From: a virus
Virus record (IMG/VR): IMGVR_UViG_3300027708_000057
Span: 1-64,000 of that record
Reading direction: 5' to 3' (one strand)
Length of the DNA: 64,000 nt
Part shown: piece by piece, positions 17,151 through 26,072 of the stretch
Numbering within the stretch: position 1 is the first letter of the stretch
Layout of the letters: every line of letters starts with the position of its first letter
Program-made: the position numbers and the translations under genes
Notes under the pieces: model-generated
The model's input: the letters and a program-made list of their open reading frames with translations, nothing else
Databases searched by the model: none
What the model was told of the DNA's origin: nothing

Positions 17151-19004
17151 ATGATATCATTTCGCCAATTTATTTCCGAAGATGTAGCTTCTCAAGAACG
17201 TCAAGCTCTTAACATTCTTAATAGAAACCATATTAAAGATCCTGAAGACGTTTTTAATGATCTTAAAGCTATTACCGAACCATATCAGGCCGGTGATAAT
17301 ATAACAAGACCTGCAAGAAATCAAGCTCATCTTCCTAAACTTGCTGAATTTCTTTCGAAAGGAAAAATTAAGATTAACACTTTAAAGGCCTATTATGATA
17401 GGTATATTAAGAATCCAAAATTAAATAAGACGGCAATAGTTAACTTTAAAGACTTTAGAGAGTTTGAACAATTTGTTGATGAAAATGAGGTAGTTAAGAT
17501 GTCAGATCATGATTCTAGAAATAATAAAATTTCCGAAAAGAATGCTATCTATCATGATAGCGAAATAGATGTTTATCTTGGAGACACCAAGCAAGCCTGT
17601 ATGCTTTATGGGCAAGGATCTAAGTTTAATTTATGTATTTCCAGAAATGATTCTAGTAATCTATTTCATGATTATAGATGGAAACATGAACTTACTACTT
17701 ACTTTGTATACTTTAAAGAAGCCGGGGTTAATAATCCTAATTTTATTATCGTAGATGCTTCTAAAAAATCTCCTAAAACGTTTAGCTATAATATAATCAA
17801 ACCTAATTCTGATAAAAATATATCAAAGGAAAATCTTATTACGAAATTCCCGCAATTAAAAACCGCAATGGAAAAGGGTATCTTTAAACATAAGAAAATT
17901 GAAGGAGATGAAAAGAAATATTATATAAAATATCATGGTAAATCTATTACAGATTTTTCAACTCTAGATGATAGAATTAACTTTATTGAAATGGGGGAAG
18001 AAATTGAAGGTAATCAATGGTCTAAATTAGGAGATATGGTTCCTAAACTGTTACCTTATTATATTGAAATCGGACATGATATTCCAAAGGAAGTACTTGA
18101 TAAGAATACATCTTTTAAAAAACGATATGAACAAAAGTTACAACAAAGAGTTCAAATGAATCTTGATGATAATACTGATCTTGATGATTATACAAAAGAT
18201 GAACTAGAATATGCTTTAAGAAATAATGATAGGGTAAAAGATAAGATAAAGCAGATAAGCAAACTAGAAGAACTTAAAATAAGAAACGAACTAGTTAATG
18301 GGATATATAAAGGAGATATAAGAATTAAATCTAAATATATATTACCAAATCTATCTGATATTGTAGTTAGTGGAGATTTTTATTGTCCTTATAATAAACT
18401 TACATCTTTAGAAGGAGCTCCTAAAGAAGTTGGTGGAGATTTTAATTGTTCTAGTAATAAACTTACATCTTTAGAAGGAGCTCCTAAAGAAGTTGGTGGA
18501 GATTTTTATTGTGATAATAATAACCTTACATCTTTAGAAGGAGCTCCTAAAGAAGTTGGTGGAGATTTTTATTGTTCTAGTAATAAACTTACATCTTTAG
18601 AAGGGGGTCCAAAAGAAGTTGGTGGATATTTTAATTGTGATAATAATAACCTTACATCTTTAGAAGGGGGTCCAAAAGAAGTTGGTGGATATTTTAATTG
18701 TTCTGATAATAAACTTACTTCTTTAGAAGGATCTCCGCAAAAAGTTGGTGGATATTTTAATTGTTCTGATAATAAACTTACTTCTTTAGAAGGATCTCCG
18801 CAAAAAGTTGGTGGATATTTTAATTGTTCTGATAATAAACTTACATCTTTAGAAGGAGCTCCTAAAGAAGTTGGTGGAGATTTTAATTGTTCTGATAATA
18901 AACTTACATCTTTAGAAGGAGCTCCTAAAGAAGTTGGTAGAGATTTTTATTGTTCTAATAATCTAGTCAAATTAGACTATAAAGCATGGTTGACAAAACA
19001 ATAA
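17151..19004 (+). CDS. Putative internal virion protein with capsid-targeting-like N-terminus and C-terminal 21-aa LRR array (copy 2)
   Basis: Starts MISFRQFISE (compare T4 internal protein MKTYQEFIAE); nine GxFxCxxNxLTSLEGxPxxVG repeats plus terminal unit. Confidence 0.8.
   Translation: MISFRQFISEDVASQERQALNILNRNHIKDPEDVFNDLKAITEPYQAGDNITRPARNQAHLPKLAEFLSKGKIKINTLKAYYDRYIKNPKLNKTAIVNFKDFREFEQFVDENEVVKMSDHDSRNNKISEKNAIYHDSEIDVYLGDTKQACMLYGQGSKFNLCISRNDSSNLFHDYRWKHELTTYFVYFKEAGVNNPNFIIVDASKKSPKTFSYNIIKPNSDKNISKENLITKFPQLKTAMEKGIFKHKKIEGDEKKYYIKYHGKSITDFSTLDDRINFIEMGEEIEGNQWSKLGDMVPKLLPYYIEIGHDIPKEVLDKNTSFKKRYEQKLQQRVQMNLDDNTDLDDYTKDELEYALRNNDRVKDKIKQISKLEELKIRNELVNGIYKGDIRIKSKYILPNLSDIVVSGDFYCPYNKLTSLEGAPKEVGGDFNCSSNKLTSLEGAPKEVGGDFYCDNNNLTSLEGAPKEVGGDFYCSSNKLTSLEGGPKEVGGYFNCDNNNLTSLEGGPKEVGGYFNCSDNKLTSLEGSPQKVGGYFNCSDNKLTSLEGSPQKVGGYFNCSDNKLTSLEGAPKEVGGDFNCSDNKLTSLEGAPKEVGRDFYCSNNLVKLDYKAWLTKQ
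18372..18968 (+). repeat. 63-bp tandem LRR-coding repeat array (about 9.5 units)
   Basis: Same unit family as 94..690. Confidence 0.95.
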
Positions 19005-19011
19005 TCTTATT

Positions 19012-19461
19012 ATGAATAATAATCTTCTTCCACTTACAGGGTTCAAACTATCCGTTGGCACAGACCAATTTAAACATCTCCGACACTTTGCTGTATCGGC
19101 TAATATGCCCGGTTGTAATATTGGAGAAGTATCTACGACATACCGAAATTTATCCGGGTATGTTCCATCTGATCATATATCGTATGATTCTTTGAATATT
19201 CGGTTTGCCGTCGATGAAAGTATGGTTGTATATGATGAAGTATTCCAATGGTTATCATCATGTACATCCTCTAATGTAATACCTGTACATGATATTGTCT
19301 TAAACTTTTTAACAAGTAAATTTAATATATCCCGAAGTGTAAGCTTTAGTAATGTATTTCCATCAAGTATTTCGGGTATTAATTTTGATGTACAAAATAC
19401 CGAAGTTGAGTATGCTTATATCGATGTTATATTTAGATATGACAATTTTGTGTTTGTATAA
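19012..19461 (+). CDS. gp3: Tail tube terminator / tail completion protein
   Basis: L.LTGFKL, YD.LNIRF.VDE.M..Y.E...W, FPSSISGINFD; usual position after the capsid genes. Confidence 0.8.
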   Translation: MNNNLLPLTGFKLSVGTDQFKHLRHFAVSANMPGCNIGEVSTTYRNLSGYVPSDHISYDSLNIRFAVDESMVVYDEVFQWLSSCTSSNVIPVHDIVLNFLTSKFNISRSVSFSNVFPSSISGINFDVQNTEVEYAYIDVIFRYDNFVFV

Positions 19462-19481
19462 CAAATTATCTGACATAATCG

Positions 19482-19522
19482 AAAACCCCCCTCATTACTT
19501 TTTATGGTAATGAGGGGGTTTT
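19482..19522. terminator. Bidirectional terminator at the convergence of + and - strand blocks
   Basis: aaaacccccctcattac...gtaatgagggggtttt. Confidence 0.85.
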
Positions 19523-19581
19523 ATTTTTATTGTAATTATATATTATTCAGATTCTAAATAGCGATAAGGATCAACAAATAT

Positions 19582-20568
19582 TTATACCTTCTTTTTTCCT
19601 TTGGGAAACACTTTATCATATACTTCCGTGATAGATATAATATTTCCACGTCCACCTCTAGGGCTTATGTTTAATCTAGTATTTGGAATACCATAATCAG
19701 ATCTATCTCCACCTTTATGAGTAGCCATTAATACAGGTTGATATTCATATATGGCTAAATCACCATTATAATATATGTGATTCGCCTTAATTTCATATAT
19801 GCCATTAGAATTAATAAGAACAATATCTCCTTGTATGATTAAAGATACATTATTCCTTCCCATACTTTTGCCATAATCCTTACCATACATTGCCAATAAT
19901 TGTAATTTTTTATTAACTATATTTTCATATACAGTTGTATTAGGAGGCAATCCATTAGGATATAATAGCTTTATGTTTTCAATAAAAGTTTTAGTTTCTA
20001 ATTGTTTTGCTATTATTTCCTCTTCTCTTAAAGAAATACCACCCCATTGATGAAAATCATTAGCTTTAGAACCTGACTTATGCGATATCCATACTATTTC
20101 TTTTCCATCAATATCAATTAAATGAAAATCAGATTTTGCATTGGGAGGATTTGATCTTGGAGTTGATTTTACGGCAGATACTTCATATATCTTACCTTTA
20201 ATTTTAATTTTAATACTCGAATATCCTTCAGTCTCTTTTGCTTTATCAATTTGTTTATTCAATGATTCTATTACTTTATCTTCATTAGAAACTCTATAAT
20301 ATATATCTTTTCCTATGAACTCAGTATTCAATAGTATTGATTTAAACATATAAGATGACTTACAATCCGTGGATAATAGAATTAAATCATCTATAGATTT
20401 ACTTTGATTTTCTATTGCCTCTATAATAGTAGGAAGAATTTCAAATACAACTTTTTTTCTATCACTTAATTCAAACGGTTCTTTAGCTTTATATTTTCTA
20501 AGAAATACAGTCGAAGTCCATGTATATTGTTTTCTCGTTATGTCCGAAAAAGTTTCTAAAATAGCCAT
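19582..20568 (-). CDS. Hypothetical protein, possible PD-(D/E)xK-like nuclease
   Basis: AKSDFHL...VWISHK resembles a restriction-endonuclease-like active site. Confidence 0.45.
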   Translation of the reverse strand: MAILETFSDITRKQYTWTSTVFLRKYKAKEPFELSDRKKVVFEILPTIIEAIENQSKSIDDLILLSTDCKSSYMFKSILLNTEFIGKDIYYRVSNEDKVIESLNKQIDKAKETEGYSSIKIKIKGKIYEVSAVKSTPRSNPPNAKSDFHLIDIDGKEIVWISHKSGSKANDFHQWGGISLREEEIIAKQLETKTFIENIKLLYPNGLPPNTTVYENIVNKKLQLLAMYGKDYGKSMGRNNVSLIIQGDIVLINSNGIYEIKANHIYYNGDLAIYEYQPVLMATHKGGDRSDYGIPNTRLNISPRGGRGNIISITEVYDKVFPKGKKKV

Positions 20569-20569
20569 A

Positions 20570-21052
20570 TTATTTTAGATTGTAGATATTTCCTATATAT
20601 GCATCAAACTCTATATGATGCTTTCTAAAAGAAAGCGTTAACTTCTTTTCTAAATGTTCAGCTTCATATTCCCATGGATATTCAGATGTATAAACTATAT
20701 CTTTTTCAAATCTTTCTTTTTTCCATTTAGTATGTTTTGAAAAAAATACAAGTTCTCTTTTATCAAATTGTTTTACATGAACCATTTCATGAGCAAGAGT
20801 TCTAATAGTTTCATACGGAGACATATCAGCATTCAACTGAATTATATATTTAGAAGGATTGATTTTATTACTATAGTTATAACATTCACCATAAGCTTTT
20901 TCCTTCTTAACTAGATTATTCACAATCTTAACTATAATATCAATATTGTGTTTGTTTGGTAACAACTGATTCAAAAAATAAACAGATGCCCTAGATAAAC
21001 ACTTCTTGAGAAGTTTATCATTAGAGCATCCGTATATTTTGAGATTAATCAT
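20570..21052 (-). CDS. Zn metallopeptidase-like protein (HEXXH)
   Basis: TLAHEMVHVKQ...PWEYEA. Confidence 0.75.
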   Translation of the reverse strand: MINLKIYGCSNDKLLKKCLSRASVYFLNQLLPNKHNIDIIVKIVNNLVKKEKAYGECYNYSNKINPSKYIIQLNADMSPYETIRTLAHEMVHVKQFDKRELVFFSKHTKWKKERFEKDIVYTSEYPWEYEAEHLEKKLTLSFRKHHIEFDAYIGNIYNLK

Positions 21053-21054
21053 TA

Positions 21055-22128
21055 TTATGCATACGCCATGATTAGCCGAGTAAGATCATCATCTTTAATA
21101 GAAACTCCGGCAGCGACAGCACCACCGGCAATAGCAAGACCTCGGGATAATTTGCGAAGATTGGCGGATTGTTTAGAGTTGCCTTTACGAAGTAATTCAA
21201 CTACATGTTTACGTTGAGCTAATGTTAATTGTAGACCATCTTCTAACTCCATATCTCCTACAATCTTATCCATGAAGTCATAAATCTCTTCTACTGTTGG
21301 ATCAATGTCAATGATAAATGCTCTTGTACGAAGAGCTTTATCTGGATCTAATTTATCAAGAGACATATTAGAAATAAATATAATCTTTCCAGTAAATTCA
21401 AAATATCTAGGAATCATCCCAGCATCAAGAATTTCATCATCTGTCATTGTATCTGGATCAACGACGTTCTTACCCATCTTATTCCATACGAGCTTGCGTT
21501 TTTTCTTAGTATCTGTTGCAGCTTTTAGAATATTACGTCCTTCTGTATCCCCAAAGACATCATCTGAATCATCGAATAGAATAATTTTATCCTTATATCT
21601 GAATAACAGTGAATATAGACCAGCAGCCGAAGCAGAACCTGTATTTTTGAAATACCCCTTACCATCCTTAAGCCCCATGGAATGTAGGACTTTTTCAGTT
21701 GTGTGAGTTTTACCGGTATTGTGATGACAAATACCATTTGCTGTAAAATATAGATGATCGGCTGAATCAATTTCAACATCATAATAATCCGAAACAGAAT
21801 CTGAAATTATTATATTAATAATTTTCACATAAGATCCATCTTGCGTCATCACTTCATCCCCAATTACTAAATCTCTTACTTGTAAACTTCCTTTACTTGT
21901 AGTTAATAGATGTACATCCGAACATTTAATAATTCGATCATCTTCAAATTTAACCAATGTATCTTTACCAGGTTTAATAACAAATGATACAATCTTTGAA
22001 CTTCCAGAAGGAGTATCGATTTTTATATTTAAGGAAGAAATATCATAAAATTTGAAATGTTCTAGATAATCGCCATACAATTTTTCTGTAAGGTCTTTAA
22101 TATCTTGTATTGTGTTAAGTTTTTTCAT
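21055..22128 (-). CDS. Split AAA ATPase, C-terminal half, preceded by a 137-aa intein C-fragment
   Basis: CSDVH, YYDVEID, GICHHN|TGKTHT; Walker B IILFDDSD, IIFISN, ALRTR. Confidence 0.88.
   Translation of the reverse strand: MKKLNTIQDIKDLTEKLYGDYLEHFKFYDISSLNIKIDTPSGSSKIVSFVIKPGKDTLVKFEDDRIIKCSDVHLLTTSKGSLQVRDLVIGDEVMTQDGSYVKIINIIISDSVSDYYDVEIDSADHLYFTANGICHHNTGKTHTTEKVLHSMGLKDGKGYFKNTGSASAAGLYSLLFRYKDKIILFDDSDDVFGDTEGRNILKAATDTKKKRKLVWNKMGKNVVDPDTMTDDEILDAGMIPRYFEFTGKIIFISNMSLDKLDPDKALRTRAFIIDIDPTVEEIYDFMDKIVGDMELEDGLQLTLAQRKHVVELLRKGNSKQSANLRKLSRGLAIAGGAVAAGVSIKDDDLTRLIMAYA
21718..22128 (-). mobile_element. Split intein C, C-fragment (137 aa)
   Basis: Blocks B, F and G; ends HN followed by Thr. 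Confidence 0.88.
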
Positions 22129-22157
22129 TGATTAAATTTGATTTGGTCTCTATGATG

Positions 22158-22289
22158 TTATTTATATATTCCTAACAATCCTTCATTACATCTTCTAATA
22201 AAGAATTTTAGTACTTCAACCCATCCGAATATAACAATAAAAGAAACAAATAATATAAAGATATTTAATACTTTATTCCATAGTAGCAT
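22158..22289 (-). CDS. Possible 43-aa hydrophobic peptide between the split-intein halves
   Basis: MLLWNKVLNIFILFVSFIVIFGWVEVLKFFIRRCNEGLLGIYK*; fills most of the gap. Confidence 0.3.
   Translation of the reverse strand: MLLWNKVLNIFILFVSFIVIFGWVEVLKFFIRRCNEGLLGIYK
22159..22166 (-). promoter_or_regulatory. Late promoter for the IntC-ATPase half
   Basis: TATAAATA on the minus strand 30 bp upstream of the ATG at 22128. Confidence 0.65.
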
Positions 22290-23157
22290 TAATTTCCGTA
22301 TCTGCTGATAAACAACCCCCAACACCAGATACAAATATTGCGTTAGACGCCCCTGATATTGTTAATTTAAGGAGATGTTCTAAGTCTGCCAACTGTTGTT
22401 CAAACGTAAGTTTATCAATCTTAGTTTCAAGAGTATCAATATCTTGAATATCTTCATAAGTTTCTTTTGAAGAACCTTTAGTAATCTTACCTGTAACGAT
22501 ACCAATAGAATCTGTAATATCATCAAGATCCTTCATAATATTTTGAAGTTGTTTTGGTGTGCCTGTCCATTCATAATCAACACCATTCTTAACGATTTCC
22601 TTTGAATATGTTGTAAGAAGATAATCAAAAATCTTAATTCCAGGTGATGCATATTTAGCTCTTACATCCCCTTTGCTTGCGCCTGGACCAGAAATCATAT
22701 CGAGTATACCAGAAAGAATATCTTTTGGTGTATCTCCTCTAGCTTCATTCAGAGGAATTCCATCAGGCATTGTATTAATTTCTCCAGTATAACCGTTAGC
22801 TGATATAATATCTGCAATAACAGGAAGTGTCTTTATAAGCGATACTTCTTTATCAAACTCTATATGATATGGTCTGGCACTTTCTCCATTCCAGAAATCA
22901 ACAGATTCTAAACCACTTAATCCGATAGAATTGGATAACGACCAATTGAATCGGATAGATTTACTATCTTTAGTACTATAAAACCGAATACCTCGACCCT
23001 TACCAGACTCGTTTTGATATACTTCGACCCCGGCAGATTTAAAGAATAATAATCCGGTTTTCTTTTGAAGATATTTTGTAATGATCAGACCAGCCTTCTC
23101 AGCTGAACTTGAAGTCATTGCTTCGACAATACATGGTTTGAAACTTAAATTGCTCAT
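22273..23157 (-). CDS. Split AAA ATPase, N-terminal half, ending in a 13-aa intein N-fragment
   Basis: Ends NAIFVSGVGG|CLSADTEINATME*; GVGG plus TGKT rebuilds Walker A. Confidence 0.88.
   Translation of the reverse strand: MSNLSFKPCIVEAMTSSSAEKAGLIITKYLQKKTGLLFFKSAGVEVYQNESGKGRGIRFYSTKDSKSIRFNWSLSNSIGLSGLESVDFWNGESARPYHIEFDKEVSLIKTLPVIADIISANGYTGEINTMPDGIPLNEARGDTPKDILSGILDMISGPGASKGDVRAKYASPGIKIFDYLLTTYSKEIVKNGVDYEWTGTPKQLQNIMKDLDDITDSIGIVTGKITKGSSKETYEDIQDIDTLETKIDKLTFEQQLADLEHLLKLTISGASNAIFVSGVGGCLSADTEINATME
22276..22314 (-). mobile_element. Split intein C, N-fragment (13 aa)
   Basis: CLSADTEI matches intein block A (CL..DT.I). Confidence 0.85.
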
Positions 23158-23165
23158 ATATGTTA

Positions 23166-23173
23166 TATTTATA
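23166..23173 (-). promoter_or_regulatory. T4-type late promoter
   Basis: TATAAATA on the minus strand 9 bp before the ATG at 23157. Confidence 0.7.
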
Positions 23174-23185
23174 TATTGAGAAGAA

Positions 23186-24583
23186 TTACATCTTAAAATC
23201 CTTGAAATTACCTTTAGGTTTGGAACCTAGTATAAATGGGGTTTGCTTTACATCTGGTAATGCTGGTGCAGAATCATTCATGATATTAGCTGTAGGATCG
23301 GCAATATCATAAAGCCGCATTTTGCATCGTTCTATACCAACAGTGAATCTTCGGTTTTCAGCTAAACTATCATAACGATTCTTCAACTGCTTAAACATTA
23401 TTTGATTCATTTTTTCTAATTGTTCTGTAGAAATAATAGATAAAAACAAATCTACAGTAAAAACAAGTCCGATTGATTCACTAACATCTGTTAATTCTGT
23501 ATCCGATGCTAATTGAGATCCCCGGTTTGACTGAGTTGCGCTCCAAATTGGAACATTAAATTCTACAGCAAGACCGCGAATTTCTTCTGCAATAGATTTA
23601 ATTAAACCATAAGTACCGACGCTTCCAGATACACCTCCTTTAATTCTTGAAGATGCGCAAATATTCAAATAATCAATAAATATGAGTTCCGGTATAAAGT
23701 TTTTCTTTAGTCTTAATTCTTGAAGTAATGCTCTGAAATGTCCAACATGAGCCGCAGCTGTTGGATATTCCTTAATAATCAATTTACCATGAGTTTTAGA
23801 TTTTATTCCTGCGACTTTTTTTGTAAATGAATCTTTAGATAGATTAAATATCTGTTTAATATCAACATCGAATAAATTAGCATCTATACGTTCTGCTATT
23901 TTTTCTTCACTCATTTCCATTGTAATATATAATACATTTTTACCTGCAGCTAATGCAGCGGAAGCAAAATGACACATTACAAGACTTTTCCCAACTCCGG
24001 TTCCCGCCATGAGTACGGAAAGAGTTTTCTTAGAAATTCCTCCATTCGTGATTTTATTAAGTATTTCAATATCAAACTTGATTTTCTCTTCATGTCGATG
24101 ATAGAAATCATAACGAGCTTCTCCATCCTCCAAAAAATCATGTCCAACATTCGTATCAAATGAAACTGATAGAGCATTTGATAAAATCTCTGGTATAGAT
24201 CCAGTCGCAAGAGTTTTATCAGAGCCATCAATAATTTCTACAGATTTCATGATGGCTAGATTTATGGCTCTATCTTTACACCATTTTTCCGTTTCTGTAA
24301 GAAGCCAATCCATATCAACCTGAGTCTCTTCTGATAATAATTTGATGGTATGAAGGATTTCATTTCTATCTTGCCGATTAATATGATTTGAAGATCTATA
24401 ATCAATATCTAGTGTAGACGAATTCGGAAGCTTGTTATACTTCGAGATAAAATTAAGAATCAATTCATATATTACTCGATATTGATTAGAAAAATAATCA
24501 AGTTTTAAATGAGGAATTGCCTTTCGTACAAATGGTTCATTATGGCATAGATTATTAAGTATAATTAGTTCTAGATTTTCCAT
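23186..24583 (-). CDS. gp41: Replicative DNA helicase
   Basis: AGTGVGKSL, YITMEMSEEKIAERIDAN, IKEYPT, IDYLNIC, SATQ.NR, QLKNRY. Confidence 0.98.
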   Translation of the reverse strand: MENLELIILNNLCHNEPFVRKAIPHLKLDYFSNQYRVIYELILNFISKYNKLPNSSTLDIDYRSSNHINRQDRNEILHTIKLLSEETQVDMDWLLTETEKWCKDRAINLAIMKSVEIIDGSDKTLATGSIPEILSNALSVSFDTNVGHDFLEDGEARYDFYHRHEEKIKFDIEILNKITNGGISKKTLSVLMAGTGVGKSLVMCHFASAALAAGKNVLYITMEMSEEKIAERIDANLFDVDIKQIFNLSKDSFTKKVAGIKSKTHGKLIIKEYPTAAAHVGHFRALLQELRLKKNFIPELIFIDYLNICASSRIKGGVSGSVGTYGLIKSIAEEIRGLAVEFNVPIWSATQSNRGSQLASDTELTDVSESIGLVFTVDLFLSIISTEQLEKMNQIMFKQLKNRYDSLAENRRFTVGIERCKMRLYDIADPTANIMNDSAPALPDVKQTPFILGSKPKGNFKDFKM

Positions 24584-24588
24584 TATTG

Positions 24589-24617
24589 ATTATATATTAT
24601 TTTGTGAGACCTGTAAA
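24589..24617 (-). promoter_or_regulatory. Sigma70-like early/middle promoter
   Basis: TTTACA-N17-TATAAT. Confidence 0.75.
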
Positions 24618-24620
24618 TGC

Positions 24621-24663
24621 AAATAACCTATGTTAGATCGAGAGACCATAACATAGGTTATTT
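24621..24663. terminator. Stem-loop / probable terminator
   Basis: aaataacctatgtta / taacataggttattt. Confidence 0.6.
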
Positions 24664-24677
24664 CTAATTCGAGACTA

Positions 24678-24980
24678 TTAAGAAGAAAGTTTACCAATTT
24701 TGAAATCATTACAAAGAATACTATTCAAAATATTACCCATGTGTTCTTTAAACTCTGGATTCTTTTTTAGAGATTCCTCCGAAATATCAATTGGAGTTTC
24801 GATAATTTCATAATCAAATGAAACTCTCAATTGTTTTTTCTCTTCATGAAACTTAACAGATCCATATTTGTAGATAACATCTGTATATTTACCTTTAATA
24901 ATTTGAACATGGTACTGATTTTCAGAATCAATACTTTCAATTAGTTTGTAATCAACAGTTTCACGTAAGTTCATCTTCAA
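24678..24980 (-). CDS. Conserved T4-like protein at the gp40 position
   Basis: I.KGKY.DVIYKYG.V.F; lies between uvsX and gp41. Confidence 0.55.
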   Translation of the reverse strand: MKMNLRETVDYKLIESIDSENQYHVQIIKGKYTDVIYKYGSVKFHEEKKQLRVSFDYEIIETPIDISEESLKKNPEFKEHMGNILNSILCNDFKIGKLSS

Positions 24981-26040
24981 TGACTTCAGCTGGTTCTACT
25001 TTATCAAATGCTAACAAATCTTTCAAAGATATAGTAAAGTGTTTTTTAACGGCTTGTTTAAAATCTGTCACATTAAAAATTGTATCTTCCCAAAACTCCT
25101 TAGTCATTGTTGCAGCTACTCGAAGATTTCCTGTAAGGGCTGTTTGAGTTTTTGGATCAAATGCGTAATACCATCCTTGTTTTTCAGACTTAACATATCC
25201 TAACTCTTTTGCCACATCAAGGAGTCCTGAGTATTTCTCAATACCATTTTTCCAAGAAATAGAAATCGGAATTTTAGATTTTTCTTTAACAAACCTAGAT
25301 TTTTCCACATTAATAACGAAATTATATCCAGTAATATCGGTCCCGAATTTTTCTTGCTGACGCCCAATGAAAAAGATAGAATTTGCCCCATAATAATTTC
25401 CAGTTCCCCCGCTCATAATATCTTTCGGGTATAAGGATTGTTCTTTGTATGTATGATTTACTACAATTAGAGGAATATCATTAATTTCCAAATATGGAAC
25501 GATCATTCGAAAAAGACTTTTCAACGCCTTTGCCCTCGTCATATCTCCTACTGATTTTTCTGCTAATGTATCTTCGATTTCCTTTTTACTAGCCACGTTA
25601 CCTACGGAATCTATAATAATAATGACTTTATCGGCCCGATTGATATTCTCTAATTGTCCAACTAAATCGAATTTCAGTTCCTCTAAATTCTTCACAGGAA
25701 TATGCAGTACTCGATTTAGATCAATTCCACAACTAGTAAAATATGATTGAGGCGCACCAAATTCTGTATCATAGAACATCAAAATCGCATCTTTATCTTT
25801 TTTAAGATACGCGGAAGCAATAATTAAAGAGTATAGACTTTTTAGATGCTTACTTGGTCCAGCAAATGTAGTTACGCCAGATGTTAACCCTCCATCAATA
25901 TCTCCTGATAATGCCACATTTAGCATTGGAATTCCTGTTGAAGTGAAATCTTTGATTCCAAAGAATTTGGAGTCAGCTAGTACATCTGCTTCTTTGATCT
26001 TACAATTTTTTTTTAATTTTTCTAGTAATGAATTTGACAT
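24961..26040 (-). CDS. uvsX: RecA-like recombinase
   Basis: NVALSG, AGPSKH.KS, FYDTEFG, DSVGN.ASKKE, DMTRAK.LKSLFR. Confidence 0.97.
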   Translation of the reverse strand: MSNSLLEKLKKNCKIKEADVLADSKFFGIKDFTSTGIPMLNVALSGDIDGGLTSGVTTFAGPSKHLKSLYSLIIASAYLKKDKDAILMFYDTEFGAPQSYFTSCGIDLNRVLHIPVKNLEELKFDLVGQLENINRADKVIIIIDSVGNVASKKEIEDTLAEKSVGDMTRAKALKSLFRMIVPYLEINDIPLIVVNHTYKEQSLYPKDIMSGGTGNYYGANSIFFIGRQQEKFGTDITGYNFVINVEKSRFVKEKSKIPISISWKNGIEKYSGLLDVAKELGYVKSEKQGWYYAFDPKTQTALTGNLRVAATMTKEFWEDTIFNVTDFKQAVKKHFTISLKDLLAFDKVEPAEVIEDELT

Positions 26041-26072
26041 ATGTTTATATATTGTATTCTTTTATTGTTAAA

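Noticed and set aside
1-19004. LRR pair as DGR template/variable repeats
   Set aside because: Several variable codons are NAT/NNT, but no reverse transcriptase is in the window, both copies are coding, neither is consistently the A-bearing one, and variants occur as linked multi-base blocks. A DGR elsewhere in the genome is not excluded.
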